Below are positions 8,585-19,206 of a stretch of 64,000 nt of DNA, one piece after another. The first letter of the stretch is position 1. Every line of letters begins with the position of its first letter. The position numbers and the translations under genes are program-made. This stretch comes from Candidatus Aminicenantes bacterium (lineage in GTDB: Bacteria > Acidobacteriota > Aminicenantia > Aminicenantales > Saccharicenantaceae), in NCBI GenBank assembly GCA_963784525.1, contig CAWART010000001.1, forward strand, positions 339,729 to 403,728. Direction: 5' to 3'. A model generated the notes under the pieces. The model had not been told where the DNA came from and did no database searches. It saw nothing but the letters and a program-made list of their open reading frames with translations.

Positions 8585-9966
8585 GCGAAGCGTTCGGGGT
8601 CACGGGTCTCGCCTGGATCATCCAGACCTACTTCTCGGACCCGGCCCGCAGAAGGACGCTTCGGAAGGGCGATCTCCTTCTCGAGCAGGGCGCGGCCAAC
8701 GACCGTCTGTACTTCATCCTCCGCGGGAGCTTCGGTGGATACGTCCGGAAGGCTCCCGATATGGAGTACGAGCTCTTCGAGGCCACCCGGAACATGTTCG
8801 TCGGCGTCCATAGCTATTTCTCGCGGACCTACGTCAGCTCGGCCACGGTCGTCGCACGGGAAGAGAGCGAAGTGGCCTGGATCGATCAGCACCAGGAGAC
8901 CGTCGATGACGGCCGGCACCATTGCCTGTCCGAGCAGTTCATGCCCGTCGTCGTGGCCAATCTGTCCTGGCGCCACCGCCGGGAACAGGAGCTGGCCGTC
9001 GAGAACGCCGAGGTCCTGAAGAGGCTCGCCCGATCGGAGCGCCTCGCCTCGCTGGGCCAGATGGCGGCCGGGATCGCTCATGAGCTGAACAACGCCGTCG
9101 CGGTCCTCGCCAGGGACGCCGAGTGGCTGAGGGGCTGGCTCTCCCGGTCCTTCGCGGCGGGGGCGGACCCCTTCCTGAAATATTACGAGCTCGGCCTGAG
9201 GAACGGCCGCGCCGTTTCCAGCCGGGAGGCGCGCGAAAAGGCGCGGGCGCTCGTCCGGGAAGCCGGTCTTTCCGAGGACGACGCCGTGCGCATCGCCGAA
9301 CTGGGGCCTGACGCCGACGCCCTCGTGAAGGCCCACGGCGGCCGCCCGAAGGACCTCCGGGCCGCCCACGAGCGCTGGGAGATCGGGGCCACGTTCCGCG
9401 ACATGGCCGCCGCCGCGGACCTGGCGTCGCACGTCGTCAGGTCCGTCAAGGCCATGGCCTCCCAGGGCTCCTCGCGGGAGCCCGGGATCGACGTCAACGA
9501 ATCCATCCGGGAGGCGCTGGCCCTCCTCCAGAGCCCGCTCCGCAAGGTCCGCGTGGACCTCGATCTCGGGTCCCTTCCTGCGATCGCCGCCAACAGGAGC
9601 GAGCTCGTCCAGGTCTGGACGAACCTCCTCATGAACGCCGCGGAGAGCCTGGCCTCGTCGGGCCGGGAGGACGGCCGGATCGCCGTCGCGAGCCGGGAAT
9701 CGGAGGGCATCGTCGAGGTCGGCATCCGGGACAACGGCCCCGGCATCCCGGCCGGGAACATTCCCAGGCTCTTTCAGCCGGACTTCACGACCAAGGAGAA
9801 GGGCCTGGATTTCGGGCTCGGCCTGGGGCTCCCCATCGTCGAGCGGATCGTCCACTCCTACGGGGGAGAGGTCCGCGTCGCCAGCCGTCCGGGGGACACC
9901 GTCTTCTCAATCCAACTGCCGTCGAGAGGTGAACATGGACAAGCTCACGATCCTCTGCCTGGATGA
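8581..9966 (+). CDS. sensor histidine kinase with an N-terminal cNMP-binding-like domain
   Basis: N-terminus RKGDLLLEQGAANDRLYFILRGSFGGY resembles a cNMP beta-roll. HisKA H-box LGQMAAGIAHELNN, and HATPase N/G boxes (LLMNAAES, GIRDNGPGIP, GLGLGLPIV). Its ATG overlaps the stop of the upstream transporter. Confidence 0.8.
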   Translation: MSEAFGVTGLAWIIQTYFSDPARRRTLRKGDLLLEQGAANDRLYFILRGSFGGYVRKAPDMEYELFEATRNMFVGVHSYFSRTYVSSATVVAREESEVAWIDQHQETVDDGRHHCLSEQFMPVVVANLSWRHRREQELAVENAEVLKRLARSERLASLGQMAAGIAHELNNAVAVLARDAEWLRGWLSRSFAAGADPFLKYYELGLRNGRAVSSREAREKARALVREAGLSEDDAVRIAELGPDADALVKAHGGRPKDLRAAHERWEIGATFRDMAAAADLASHVVRSVKAMASQGSSREPGIDVNESIREALALLQSPLRKVRVDLDLGSLPAIAANRSELVQVWTNLLMNAAESLASSGREDGRIAVASRESEGIVEVGIRDNGPGIPAGNIPRLFQPDFTTKEKGLDFGLGLGLPIVERIVHSYGGEVRVASRPGDTVFSIQLPSRGEHGQAHDPLPG

Positions 9967-10423
9967 CCAACGGGACGTTCTGGCGGCCCTGCGCAAGGAC
10001 CTGGAGGTCCTGGGCGGCGCCGTCACGGTGATCGCCTGCGAATCCGTCGCCGAGGCCGTAGAGGTCCTGGACGTCATGGACAAGCATGCCGAAGAGCCCG
10101 CCCTGCTCATCTGCGACCACGTCATGCCGGGGAAGAACGGCATCGATTTCCTCATCGACTTCCGGAAGGAGGGGCGGTTCCCGAAGACCAGGCGGGTCCT
10201 GCTGACCGGGCTGGCAACCCACCGGGACACCATCGAGGCCATCAACAGGGCCCATATCGACCATTACATCGAGAAGCCATGGGACGGCGCGGAGCTGGTC
10301 CGGACGGTCAAAGGATTGCTCACCCGCTACGTCCTTGAAGCCGGTGTCGACTACAAGCCTTATCTCGGCGTCCTGGACCAGGAAACTCTTTACGGGGAGC
10401 TGAGGAAGAGGTCCGTCCTCTGA
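9935..10423 (+). CDS. single-domain response regulator (REC only)
   Basis: MDKLTILCLDDQRDVL..ICDHVMPGKNGIDFL, a CheY-like receiver with no output domain. It overlaps the HK 3-prime end. AGAGG SD before the ATG at 9935 (alternative GTG at 9929). Confidence 0.8.
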   Translation: MDKLTILCLDDQRDVLAALRKDLEVLGGAVTVIACESVAEAVEVLDVMDKHAEEPALLICDHVMPGKNGIDFLIDFRKEGRFPKTRRVLLTGLATHRDTIEAINRAHIDHYIEKPWDGAELVRTVKGLLTRYVLEAGVDYKPYLGVLDQETLYGELRKRSVL

Positions 10424-10436
10424 CCTCGCCCGTTCC

Positions 10437-10856
10437 TCAAAGCCCCTGGCGGTCCAGGAACTCGCGGAGCCGGGCTTCGATCTTCTTCGCCGCGCGCTTG
10501 TAAGTGTCGTACCCCAGGCCCAGGGGATCCCCCACGTCCCAGCCGAAAAGCTTGTCCTCGGGGACCGTCCCGGCTTCCTTGATCCGGCCGTAAACGTAGA
10601 GGTCCATGGCGATGACATAATCGAAGGCCGATACGTCGATGGTGCCGAATTCCCGGGACCGGTGGCCGGAGATGTCGGTTCCGTAGAGGGCCTTCAGGAC
10701 CAGGACGGCCTCCGGCGACGCGGCCGCGCCCTCGCCGGCGGCGATCCCGGCGCTCTCCGCCCGGACGCCGTTGCCGAGGACCTTCCGGGCGATGCCGACG
10801 GCCATCGGACTGCGGCAGATGTTCCCGAAGCAGACGAAAAGGAAGCTCGGGCCCAT
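10437..10856 (-). CDS. low-molecular-weight protein tyrosine phosphatase
   Basis: CFGNICRSP P-loop (CX5R) at the N-terminus, and a DP motif later. Confidence 0.8.
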   Translation of the reverse strand: MGPSFLFVCFGNICRSPMAVGIARKVLGNGVRAESAGIAAGEGAAASPEAVLVLKALYGTDISGHRSREFGTIDVSAFDYVIAMDLYVYGRIKEAGTVPEDKLFGWDVGDPLGLGYDTYKRAAKKIEARLREFLDRQGL

Positions 10857-10859
10857 GGC

Positions 10860-12815
10860 TCAGTCGCCCGACCCGGGGCCTTCCATCGAGACGTCCTTGG
10901 CCTTTTCGTAGAGGAACGCCGACAGGACGAGGTACTCTGCGGCTTCGGCGTACTGTTTACCGGCGAGATAGGTCGCGGCCATGGACTCCTCCTCGCGGGC
11001 CCGTTCGTACAGCCAGGAGTCCTTCGCGGCCGCCTTGACGGCGTCGGCCCCCAGCCGGGCGCCCCGGACGAGGCCCTGCAGCCGAACGAGGCAGGCGTTC
11101 TCGTCGCCTCCGGGAACGCTGAGGGTGTAGACCCTGCCGAGAAGGGAGAAGAGGGTGCGCGCCCCGGAGAAATCGTTCTTCCGATAGGCGTCTTCGGCGT
11201 CCTTGAGCTTCTCTCCGGCGATCCAGTGGAGGATATTGTCTCCCTTCGCGGCGGCCGCGTCGGCCGATCTCCGCGCGGATTCCATCTCGTTCCGGGCGGC
11301 GTCGGCCGACTCTCTGTCGTTGACGAGGGCCAGGAGCCTGTTCATCTCGGATTGGCTCCGGGTATAGCTCTTCCGGGACGCGTCCAGGTCGCCGGCCTTC
11401 TGCTGTTTCTGCCCGTCCTCGAACTTCTTCCGGGCCTCGCTCCACAGGGAGCTCAGGGGCTGGCTCGCCGGGATCTTCTCCTGGATCGCGGAGATGGTCT
11501 TTTCCAGATCCCGGAATTCCTTCGGGTCCATGTTCCTGACGGCCTCGCCGAGCAGGGGGGCGATGAGCCTCATGGCCGTCCTGCCCCGGGAGTCCCCGGT
11601 CGCGGGCGCCGGCGGCACGGCTCCGCTCTCCGACGTACGCTGGCCGCTCCCTCCGGGCCTCTTCGTCAGGAGGCGCCCTCCGAAGATCGCTCCGGCGATG
11701 ACGAGAACGATCCCCAGGGCGGGGACGATGGCCCTTCGCGGATCGAACTTGATGGTCACCTCCCGGGTGCCCGTCGGCCTCTTCCGGGCGACCGCCCGCG
11801 CCGGCGTCGGGAAGCCTCTCTCCAGGGCCTCCAGGTCCGCGCCGAGCTCCGCGGCCGACTGGTAGCGGTCCGCCTTCGCCTTCGCCATGCATCTGAGGAC
11901 GATGCGGCTGAGGGCGGGGGAGACCTGGCTGTTCAACTGCCGGGGGTCCCGGGGAGGCTCGCTCTTCTGCTTGATGGCGACGCTGAGCGGCGTCTCGCCC
12001 TCGAACGGGACCCGGCCGGTCACCATTTCGAAGAGGATGACGCCCAGCGAATAGATGTCCGAACGGGCATCGACCCCCCGCGCCTCGGCCTGCTCGGGGG
12101 ACATGTACTCGGGTGTGCCGATGATGGCGCCGGTCCCCGTGAGCCCCTTGGTCCCCAGCGAGCTCGCGATCCCGAAATCCATGATGCGGGCGTTCCCGTC
12201 CCGGTCGATCATGACGTTCTGCGGCTTGAGGTCCCGATGGATGACGCCGTGGGCGTGCGCTTCGGCCACCCCCTCGGCGATCTGCCGGGCGAGGGTCACG
12301 GCCTTGGCCTCTGTCAGGTTCCCCGACCGCCGGATGAAGCTCTTGAGGTTCTCGCCGGGGACGTACTCCATGGTGATGAAGAAGACGGGCCCGTCCTCGC
12401 CCAGGTCGTACAGGCGGCAGACATGCCGCTGGGAGATCTTCCGGGCCAGCTTGATCTCGTTGCGGAACCGCTCGATGGTCTCCTCGTCCATGCCGATCTC
12501 GGGCCTCAGGAGCTTGAGGGCGACGTTCTCCTTGACCTTCGTGTCGAACGCCTTGTAGACCTTGCCCATGCCGCCCCGGCCCAGCTCCTCGATGATCTCG
12601 AAGCGGCCGGCGAGCGTCGTGCCCCGCTCGAGCTCCCGGGGGGGCTGAAAGGTCTGGGTGAAGGCGATGCTCGAACCGGACGTGCCGACCAGCGCCCGGC
12701 CGCACTGGCCGCAGAACCGGGTGTCTTCGGGATTCTGGTACTGGCAAAGAGGGCATTTCATGGGGGGGACCCGCGCTATTCGTCTCAGGATATCAAGTAC
12801 GGAAGAAAACGTCAA
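10860..12815 (-). CDS. Hanks-type Ser/Thr protein kinase with N-terminal zinc ribbon, one TM helix and a C-terminal extracytoplasmic helical/TPR-like domain
   Basis: CPLCQYQNPEDTRFCGQCG zinc ribbon. Kinase motifs GRGGMGKVYKA, VALK, HRDLKPQN, DFG, TPEYMSPE. TM segment AIVPALGIVLVIAGAIFGG. The start is either TTG at 12815 (ORF track) or ATG at 12761. Confidence 0.8.
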   Translation of the reverse strand: MTFSSVLDILRRIARVPPMKCPLCQYQNPEDTRFCGQCGRALVGTSGSSIAFTQTFQPPRELERGTTLAGRFEIIEELGRGGMGKVYKAFDTKVKENVALKLLRPEIGMDEETIERFRNEIKLARKISQRHVCRLYDLGEDGPVFFITMEYVPGENLKSFIRRSGNLTEAKAVTLARQIAEGVAEAHAHGVIHRDLKPQNVMIDRDGNARIMDFGIASSLGTKGLTGTGAIIGTPEYMSPEQAEARGVDARSDIYSLGVILFEMVTGRVPFEGETPLSVAIKQKSEPPRDPRQLNSQVSPALSRIVLRCMAKAKADRYQSAAELGADLEALERGFPTPARAVARKRPTGTREVTIKFDPRRAIVPALGIVLVIAGAIFGGRLLTKRPGGSGQRTSESGAVPPAPATGDSRGRTAMRLIAPLLGEAVRNMDPKEFRDLEKTISAIQEKIPASQPLSSLWSEARKKFEDGQKQQKAGDLDASRKSYTRSQSEMNRLLALVNDRESADAARNEMESARRSADAAAAKGDNILHWIAGEKLKDAEDAYRKNDFSGARTLFSLLGRVYTLSVPGGDENACLVRLQGLVRGARLGADAVKAAAKDSWLYERAREEESMAATYLAGKQYAEAAEYLVLSAFLYEKAKDVSMEGPGSGD

Positions 12816-12819
12816 ACGG

Positions 12820-13614
12820 TTACGGCTTGCGGACGACGCAGGCGATCAGGTAACCGTGCCGACCGAGCTGCGGGAACCTCCTGTGCAGGCCGGCGAAGAA
12901 CCGAACGGCCGGGGCGGTGAGAGCGCCGAGCTTCGGGCTCTTCACGTGGAGCCAGAGGTCGAGCATCCGGAGCCAGCCGGGGATGAAGAGGATCCCCGTC
13001 CGGTCCACGACCTCGAAACCCTCGGCCGTCAGGAGACGCTCCAGGGCCCGCATGCTGAAAGACCTTTCGTATCCATAAGCGTAGAGGCCGAGCCGATAGA
13101 GCGCGCCGACCAGGAGCGGCCGGAGGAAGGGGTCCCGGGCGTTGGGAACGCCCATGACGGCGACGCCGCCCTTCCGCAGGACCCGGAAACACTCCCGGAC
13201 GGCCTGCCTGTGCTCCTTGAAGTGCTCGATCGTCCCCATGCTGTAGATCCCGTCGAAGACGCCCTCCCGGAAACCGATCGCCCGGACGTCGGAAACGATG
13301 AACCCGCGCCGCCGCGGGCTGTCCCGGAAGGCTTCCGCCGCGCCCTTCAGCATTTCGATGGAGATATCGATCCCGTAAACCTCGGCTCCGGCGTCGGCCG
13401 CGTATCTCAGGATCTTGGTGTTCTTGGCCTCGTCCCAAAGGTCGGTCTTCAGGAGCTTCCTTCCGGCGAGGTCGGGGAAATACGTGCGGAAGAGCCGCTC
13501 CTCGCATTCCCGGTAATATCCGGTGGATGAAGCCTCGGAAAGGGAAGGAAAATGGCTGCCGGTCCAATCCCAGAAGGACCGGTAGCCGTTCTTCCCGGCT
13601 TTAGCGGGGGCCAT
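12820..13614 (-). CDS. class I SAM-dependent methyltransferase
   Basis: Rossmann SAM-binding motif region VYGIDIS..., DGIYSMGTIEHF and LRKGGVAV. ATG at 13614 (MAPAKAG). Alternative upstream start at 13638. Confidence 0.7.
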   Translation of the reverse strand: MAPAKAGKNGYRSFWDWTGSHFPSLSEASSTGYYRECEERLFRTYFPDLAGRKLLKTDLWDEAKNTKILRYAADAGAEVYGIDISIEMLKGAAEAFRDSPRRRGFIVSDVRAIGFREGVFDGIYSMGTIEHFKEHRQAVRECFRVLRKGGVAVMGVPNARDPFLRPLLVGALYRLGLYAYGYERSFSMRALERLLTAEGFEVVDRTGILFIPGWLRMLDLWLHVKSPKLGALTAPAVRFFAGLHRRFPQLGRHGYLIACVVRKP

Positions 13615-14314
13615 GGAACGCGAACGACCCGTCCTCATGGACGTCGACCCGGCCCGACCAGCGGACCTTCATGAACCCGGGGACGTTCCGGCACCGGAGC
13701 TTCGCGATCTCCGTCATTCCCGATCTGATCATAACCTCCCTCGGAACGGCGTTCCAGGACGCGACGGCGGAGTACACGGCCCGGAAGCCTTTGGCCCGGA
13801 GTGCGGTCCGGAGCAGGGCGCTGCCGTACGCATAGATACCGGACCTTCGGGCTTCCGGATGGACGAAGATCTCGTCGGTAAAGGCCTCGTCCGCGCCGAG
13901 GACGAGGCGCCCGTGGAGGTAAGGCACGTCGAACGCTCCGACGAGCGCCCAGTGGCAGTAGACGGCCTTTTCCCCGATGAAACCGATGAGGGCCATGTGA
14001 CCGGCTTCGAAGCGCTCCTCGAGGAGCGCCCTCGAATAATACCCCCGGCGCAGGCCCATGATGGCCGGGATGTCCTCCTTTACGGCCGGCCGCACGCGGC
14101 ACGGGACGGCGGGCGGGGGAAAAGGGACGATCCTGTCGAGGTCCTGCGCAAAGACGGAGTACTCCCGGGCGAATGACCAGGGAAGGGCGCGACTCGCGAA
14201 TCCCCAGACTCCCATGAGGCGAACCACGTCCGCGGCGGAACGAAGGCCGTGCCGCAAGCCCCCGGGGTAGGGGCCGGCCGCATGCTCGCTTCCGCCCTTT
14301 GTCATGCCTTCCAT
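13601..14314 (-). CDS. GNAT-family N-acetyltransferase (putative)
   Basis: 237-aa ORF with an acetyl-CoA-binding-like segment (...HPEARRSGIYAYGSALLRTAL...). Overlaps the downstream MTase by 14 nt and the upstream NTase by 13 nt. Confidence 0.55.
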   Translation of the reverse strand: MEGMTKGGSEHAAGPYPGGLRHGLRSAADVVRLMGVWGFASRALPWSFAREYSVFAQDLDRIVPFPPPAVPCRVRPAVKEDIPAIMGLRRGYYSRALLEERFEAGHMALIGFIGEKAVYCHWALVGAFDVPYLHGRLVLGADEAFTDEIFVHPEARRSGIYAYGSALLRTALRAKGFRAVYSAVASWNAVPREVMIRSGMTEIAKLRCRNVPGFMKVRWSGRVDVHEDGSFAFHGPR

Positions 14315-15222
14315 AAATTCTCCGGATAGACGCCCCGGGCGATGATCTCACGGATGGCTTTCTGGACGCGCGGACGGTCATCGGGATAGGTCACGCCGAA
14401 CCACTTTTCGGCCGTCGGCAGGACCCTCACCCGGGCTTTGCCCTCCCGCACGAGGCTCCCGACGACCTCGGGAATGAGGAATTCGGCCTTGAGGATGTTC
14501 GCGGCGCTCGCCCGGAGGAACGCGGGGAATCGGGATTCGAGCTCGTCGAACAGGCCCGGCGTGAACCCCCAGAAGTTCATCGAGACGAGGCTCCCGGCCG
14601 GCAGTTCGATCCAGTCTCCGCCGGCCCTGCCGTACTTGACGCCGTCGGGGAACCGCCGGATCCTCTCCCGCTCCCGGATGTCGATGAGACAGCGGTCCGG
14701 TCCCGACGCGCAGACCCCGCGGGCCACGTGCCCGTGCTCGGAGAGGGTGTTCTCGAGGATGTACCCGACCATGGCGTAGTCGTAGAGGCCCCCGGTGTCC
14801 CGGGCGTTCCGAAGGTGTCCGGCCAGCGCGGCGAACGCCGTCCGGCCGTAAAAATCGTCCGCGTTGATGGCCGCGAACGGCGTCGTGACCTCGTCCCGGG
14901 CGCAGAGAATAGCATGGCCCGTGCCCCAGGGCTTCGTCCTCCCGGCGGGCAGGGCATAGCCGGGGGGGAGGCGGTCGAGCTCCTGGAAGACGTAAGCGGT
15001 CTCGACCCGGCCTTCGACCGCCCGGCCGATCCTCTCTCGGAAGGCGCTCTCGATCTCCCGGCGGATGACGAAGACGACCTTGTCGAAGCCCGCCCGCAGG
15101 GCGTCATAGACGGAATAATCGACGACGATCTCGCCGTTCGGCCCGACGGGGTCGATCTGTTTGAGGCCGCCGTACCGGCTCCCGATGCCGGCGGCCATGA
15201 TCAGGAGTGTCAGGGATGCCAT
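14302..15222 (-). CDS. sugar-phosphate nucleotidyltransferase (NTP_transferase family)
   Basis: [14 protein letters not shown] is the G-x-G-x-R nucleotide-binding loop of glucose-1-P-type NTases. ATG at 15222 (MASLTLL...) preceded by GGAAGGA. The ORF-track start at 15258 is an upstream extension. Confidence 0.7.
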   Translation of the reverse strand: MASLTLLIMAAGIGSRYGGLKQIDPVGPNGEIVVDYSVYDALRAGFDKVVFVIRREIESAFRERIGRAVEGRVETAYVFQELDRLPPGYALPAGRTKPWGTGHAILCARDEVTTPFAAINADDFYGRTAFAALAGHLRNARDTGGLYDYAMVGYILENTLSEHGHVARGVCASGPDRCLIDIRERERIRRFPDGVKYGRAGGDWIELPAGSLVSMNFWGFTPGLFDELESRFPAFLRASAANILKAEFLIPEVVGSLVREGKARVRVLPTAEKWFGVTYPDDRPRVQKAIREIIARGVYPENLWKA

Positions 15223-15326
15223 GCCATGTTCCTTCCGTTGGAGAGGGGATTCTAGCACATCGGGGGGATTCGGCGAAAGCTGTGCCGCTGCCGGGCCGTC
15301 AGGGGGGCGGGGAGCCGCCCCGCGCC

Positions 15327-15355
15327 TTTACATCTCCCCGGCCATTCGCTATCAT
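15327..15355 (+). promoter_or_regulatory. sigma70-like promoter for hslVU (TTTACA-N17-TATCAT), preceded by a GC hairpin
   Basis: TTTACA at 15327-15332 and TATCAT at 15350-15355. The palindrome GGGGCGGGGAGCCGCCCC lies at 15303-15322. Confidence 0.4.
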
Positions 15356-15394
15356 TACCACAAGAGAATCCTTATCGGAGATCGAGGTGTCCGC

Positions 15395-15922
15395 ATGATC
15401 CGTTCGACGACCGTCATCTGTATCCGGCATCAGGGCCGGGTCGTCATGGCCGGCGACGGGCAGGTGAGCATGGGGCAGACCGTCCTCAAGGCGACCGCCC
15501 AGAAGATCCGGCGGCTCCACAAAGGGGCCGTCCTGGCCGGCTTCGCGGGCTCCACATCGGACGCCTTCGCCCTCTTTTCCCGGTTCGAGGCCAAGCTCGA
15601 GGAGTACCGGGGGAATCTCTCCCGGGCGGCCATCGAGCTCGCCAAGGATTGGCGGCTGGACAAGGCCCTCCGCCAGCTGGACGCCCTTCTCGTCGTGGCC
15701 GACAGGGACGCGTCGTTCCTCATCTCCGGGACCGGGGACGTCGTCGAGCCCGACGACGGGGTGATGGCCATCGGGTCCGGCGGCCCTTATGCCCTGGCCG
15801 CCGCCCGGGCGCTCCTCAGGCATACGGGCCTGTCGGCCCCGGAGATCGCGACCGAGGCCATGAAGATCGCGGCGGAGATCTGCGTCTATACCAACGACCG
15901 GATCACCCTGGAGGAGCTCTAG
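15395..15922 (+). CDS. hslV: ATP-dependent protease HslVU, peptidase subunit
   Basis: [32 protein letters not shown]... aligns to Hsl[42 protein letters not shown] motif. ATG at 15395 with an upstream GGAG. Confidence 0.9.
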   Translation: MIRSTTVICIRHQGRVVMAGDGQVSMGQTVLKATAQKIRRLHKGAVLAGFAGSTSDAFALFSRFEAKLEEYRGNLSRAAIELAKDWRLDKALRQLDALLVVADRDASFLISGTGDVVEPDDGVMAIGSGGPYALAAARALLRHTGLSAPEIATEAMKIAAEICVYTNDRITLEEL

Positions 15923-17308
15923 ATGCCGATCGTCCTTCCCGAGTCCATGGACAGGCCCCCCGAGGAGCCCAGGGACACGGAGCTGACCCCCCAGGAGATC
16001 GTCGCCGAGCTCGACAAGTACATCATCGGCCAGAAGGCCGCCAAGAAAGCGGTGGCCGTCGCCCTTCGCAACAGGTTCCGGAGGCGGAAGCTCCCCGCCG
16101 AGCTCGCCGACGAGATCGCGCCCAAGAACATCCTCATGATAGGCCCGACCGGGGTGGGGAAGACCGAGATCTCCCGCCGCCTGGCCAAGCTCACGTCCTC
16201 GCCGTTCCTCAAGATCGAGGCCAGCAAGTTCACCGAGGTCGGCTACGTCGGCCGGGACGTCGAATCCATGATCCGGGACCTCGTCCGGATGGCCGTGGAC
16301 ATGGTCAAGGCCGAGAAGGTCGCGGAGATCGCCGAGAAGGCGAAGGGGGCCGCGGAGGAACGGATCCTCGATCTCCTTCTCCCTCAGCCGGCCGGCCGGG
16401 AGGACGCCGACGAAGAGGCGTCGCGGTTCCGGGAGACCCGCGAGAAGCTGAGGGCACAGCTCCGGGCGGGCGTCCTGGAGGACCGGCCGGTGGAGATCGA
16501 GGTCAAGGAGAAGACGGCGCCTTCGTTCGAGGTGTTCTCCAACGCCGGGGTCGAGGACATCGGCATGCAGATCCAGGATTTCATCCCCGGGTTCCTGGGA
16601 GGGAAGTCCAAGAGGCGGAAGGTGAAGATCCGCGAGGCCCGGGAGATCCTCCTCGAGGAAGAGGAGAAGCGGCTGGTGGACATGGACCAGGTCTCCCGCC
16701 TGGCCATCGAGAGGGTCGAGCACTCGGGCATCATCTTCCTCGACGAAGTGGACAAGATCGCCGGCCGGGAGACCGGGCACGGGCCCGAGGTCAGCCGCGA
16801 GGGCGTCCAGCGCGACCTCCTGCCCATCATCGAGGGGACCACCGTGAATACGCGCTTCGGGCTGGTCCGGACCGATCACGTCCTTTTCATCGGCGCCGGG
16901 GCCTTTCATGTCTCCAAGCCGTCCGACCTCATCCCCGAGCTTCAGGGACGCTTCCCCATCCGCGTGGAGCTCACGCCGCTCGACAAGGACGATTTCGTCC
17001 GCATCCTGACCGAGCCGGCCAACGCCCTCATCAAGCAGACGGAGGCCCTGATGGCCACCGAGGGCGTCCGGGTCGAATTCTCCGCCGAAGCCGTCGACGA
17101 GATCGCCGCCATCGCCGAGAGGGTCAACCGCGAGGCGGAAAACATCGGGGCCCGGCGGCTCCACACCGTCATGGAAAAGGTCATGGAGGACATCTCCTTC
17201 GAGGCTCCCGACATCCCGAAGAAGGATATCCTCATTTCCCGGGAATATGTCCAGAGCCAGCTCAAGGACATCCTCAAGGACCAGGACCTGAGGCGCTTCA
17301 TCCTATGA
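15923..17308 (+). CDS. hslU: ATP-dependent protease HslVU, ATPase subunit
   Basis: [16 protein letters not shown], Walker [21 protein letters not shown], and a C-terminal ClpX-like domain. Confidence 0.9.
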   Translation: MPIVLPESMDRPPEEPRDTELTPQEIVAELDKYIIGQKAAKKAVAVALRNRFRRRKLPAELADEIAPKNILMIGPTGVGKTEISRRLAKLTSSPFLKIEASKFTEVGYVGRDVESMIRDLVRMAVDMVKAEKVAEIAEKAKGAAEERILDLLLPQPAGREDADEEASRFRETREKLRAQLRAGVLEDRPVEIEVKEKTAPSFEVFSNAGVEDIGMQIQDFIPGFLGGKSKRRKVKIREAREILLEEEEKRLVDMDQVSRLAIERVEHSGIIFLDEVDKIAGRETGHGPEVSREGVQRDLLPIIEGTTVNTRFGLVRTDHVLFIGAGAFHVSKPSDLIPELQGRFPIRVELTPLDKDDFVRILTEPANALIKQTEALMATEGVRVEFSAEAVDEIAAIAERVNREAENIGARRLHTVMEKVMEDISFEAPDIPKKDILISREYVQSQLKDILKDQDLRRFIL

Positions 17309-18405
17309 CGAGGAGAACCGTCGCCCTCGCCGTCCTCCTGGCCTGCGCGGCCTCTCCCGGCTGCGGGAAAAAGGGGGAGCTTCTCCCCCCGATCATCCGG
17401 ACGCCCATGAGGCCCGAGGCGGCGACCGTCGTTCAGCGGGGCGCGACGCTCTACGTGGGATGGAAGAATCCTGTCAAGTCCGTCGACGGGACGCCGCTTT
17501 CCGGCGTTTCCGAGGCGGAGATCTGGGTCCTCGAGCAGGAAAGGGGCAAGATCGCGACAGGGAAAATGAGCGCCATGGAGTTCGAGGGCAAGGCCCGGCT
17601 CGCGGTCCTGCTGAAAAAGGAGGACCTCGACGCGCTCCGGAAGGAGAAGGGGACCGACGGGGCCGTATTCGTTTATCCCTATTCCCTGTCCGGAAAGAAG
17701 CCCGCCTCCCTGAACGTTTCCTTCGCCGTCCGGGTCCGGGACGCCCGGTCCAGGACTTCCGGATTCTCGGACCCCGCCGCTTTCGATCCTCGGGTCGGAC
17801 CGGCCCCCCCGCTGGAGCTCGCCGCCCGGGTGCTCGATGACCGCATCGAGCTCGTCTGGAAGGCCCCCGCGGCCAATTTCGACGGGTCGGTCCCCGTCAC
17901 CGTTTCCGGCTACAACGTCTATAGGAAAGGGGAGGATGGCCCGGCCAAGCTCGTCAACACGAGCCTGGTCCGCGAGACAAAGTTCGAGGACACGGACGTC
18001 GCCTTCGGGGTTCCCGTTCGCTATTTTATCCGGGCTTCGGGCACGGAGACGCCGCCCTATGCCGAGAGCGACGACTCGGAGGCCCGGGAGATCGTCCCCC
18101 AAGACGTCTTCCCGCCCGCCGCTCCTGCCGGGGTCGTCCCGGTGACGGGTCACGGGTCCGTTTCCCTGAGCTGGGAGGCGAACCGCGAAAAGGACCTCGC
18201 CGGATACCGGGTCCGGCGCCGCGCGGAGGGGGAGGCCGAGGACGTCCTCCTGACGCCGGCGCTCCTCCTCGAGAACGCCTATACGGACGCGACGATTGAA
18301 AAGGGAAAACGTTATCGATATTCTATGAGCGCCGTGGATATCCGGGGGAACGAGAGCGCCCGGACCGAAACGGTCGTGGAGGCTCCCGAGGACGGACCTA
18401 AATGA
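17305..18405 (+). CDS. lipoprotein with fibronectin type III-like domains
   Basis: Signal peptide plus lipobox ([10 protein letters not shown]). Two FN3-like segments ([11 protein letters not shown]..., [12 protein letters not shown]). ATG overlaps the hslU stop (ATGA). Confidence 0.55.
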   Translation: MTRRTVALAVLLACAASPGCGKKGELLPPIIRTPMRPEAATVVQRGATLYVGWKNPVKSVDGTPLSGVSEAEIWVLEQERGKIATGKMSAMEFEGKARLAVLLKKEDLDALRKEKGTDGAVFVYPYSLSGKKPASLNVSFAVRVRDARSRTSGFSDPAAFDPRVGPAPPLELAARVLDDRIELVWKAPAANFDGSVPVTVSGYNVYRKGEDGPAKLVNTSLVRETKFEDTDVAFGVPVRYFIRASGTETPPYAESDDSEAREIVPQDVFPPAAPAGVVPVTGHGSVSLSWEANREKDLAGYRVRRRAEGEAEDVLLTPALLLENAYTDATIEKGKRYRYSMSAVDIRGNESARTETVVEAPEDGPK

Positions 18406-19169
18406 AGATCTACCGTTTCCGCTATAGGAAGAGGATCCTCTACGGCGTTCTCAAGGAGGAGTTCCTCTTTCCGCTGAAGGGCTCGGTGTTCGGGGATTTC
18501 CGCATCGAGGACAGTCCCATCCCGATGGCCGATGTCCGACTCCTCCCTCCCGCCCTGCCCTCGAAGATCGTCGCCGTCGGCGCCAACTACCGGGACCATG
18601 CCCTCGAGATGGGCAGGCCCCTGCCCGAGGAGCCCCTGCTCTTCCTCAAGCCCCCTTCCGCGGTCATCGGGCCCCGGGACCTCATCGCCTATCCGCGGGT
18701 GTCGAAGCGGGTGGATTACGAAGGGGAGCTTGCGGTCGTCATCCGGAAGAGGGCCCGGAACCTCCCGGACGACGCCCGGGTGGAGGAGCACATCCTCGGC
18801 TACACGTGCTTCAACGACGTGACGGCCCGGGACCTTCAGGCCAAGGACGTCCAGTTCACGCGGGCGAAGTCCTTCGACACCTTCGCCGCCTTCGGGCCGT
18901 GCGTGGCGACGGACATCGACCCGTCGGCGCTCCACCTCAAGACGTTCCTGAACGGGAAGCTCAAGCAGTCCGGGAACACGGCCAACCTCATCTTCACCGT
19001 CCCGTTCCTCGTCCGCTTCGTTTCGAGGATCATGACGCTCGAGCCGGGCGACATCATCTCCACCGGGACCCCGGCGGGCGTCGGGCCCATGCAGCCGGGC
19101 GACCGGGTGGACGTCCAGATCGACGGCATCGGGACACTTTCCAACCAGGTCATGGGAATCACCGAATGA
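18402..19169 (+). CDS. fumarylacetoacetate hydrolase (FAH) family protein
   Basis: VGANYRDHA, the metal-binding motif YEGELAVVI, and GTPAGVGP. Confidence 0.8.
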   Translation: MKIYRFRYRKRILYGVLKEEFLFPLKGSVFGDFRIEDSPIPMADVRLLPPALPSKIVAVGANYRDHALEMGRPLPEEPLLFLKPPSAVIGPRDLIAYPRVSKRVDYEGELAVVIRKRARNLPDDARVEEHILGYTCFNDVTARDLQAKDVQFTRAKSFDTFAAFGPCVATDIDPSALHLKTFLNGKLKQSGNTANLIFTVPFLVRFVSRIMTLEPGDIISTGTPAGVGPMQPGDRVDVQIDGIGTLSNQVMGITE

Positions 19170-19206
19170 AGGGCGCGGGAAGCGTCCCGACCCCGAGGAG
19201 GATGAC

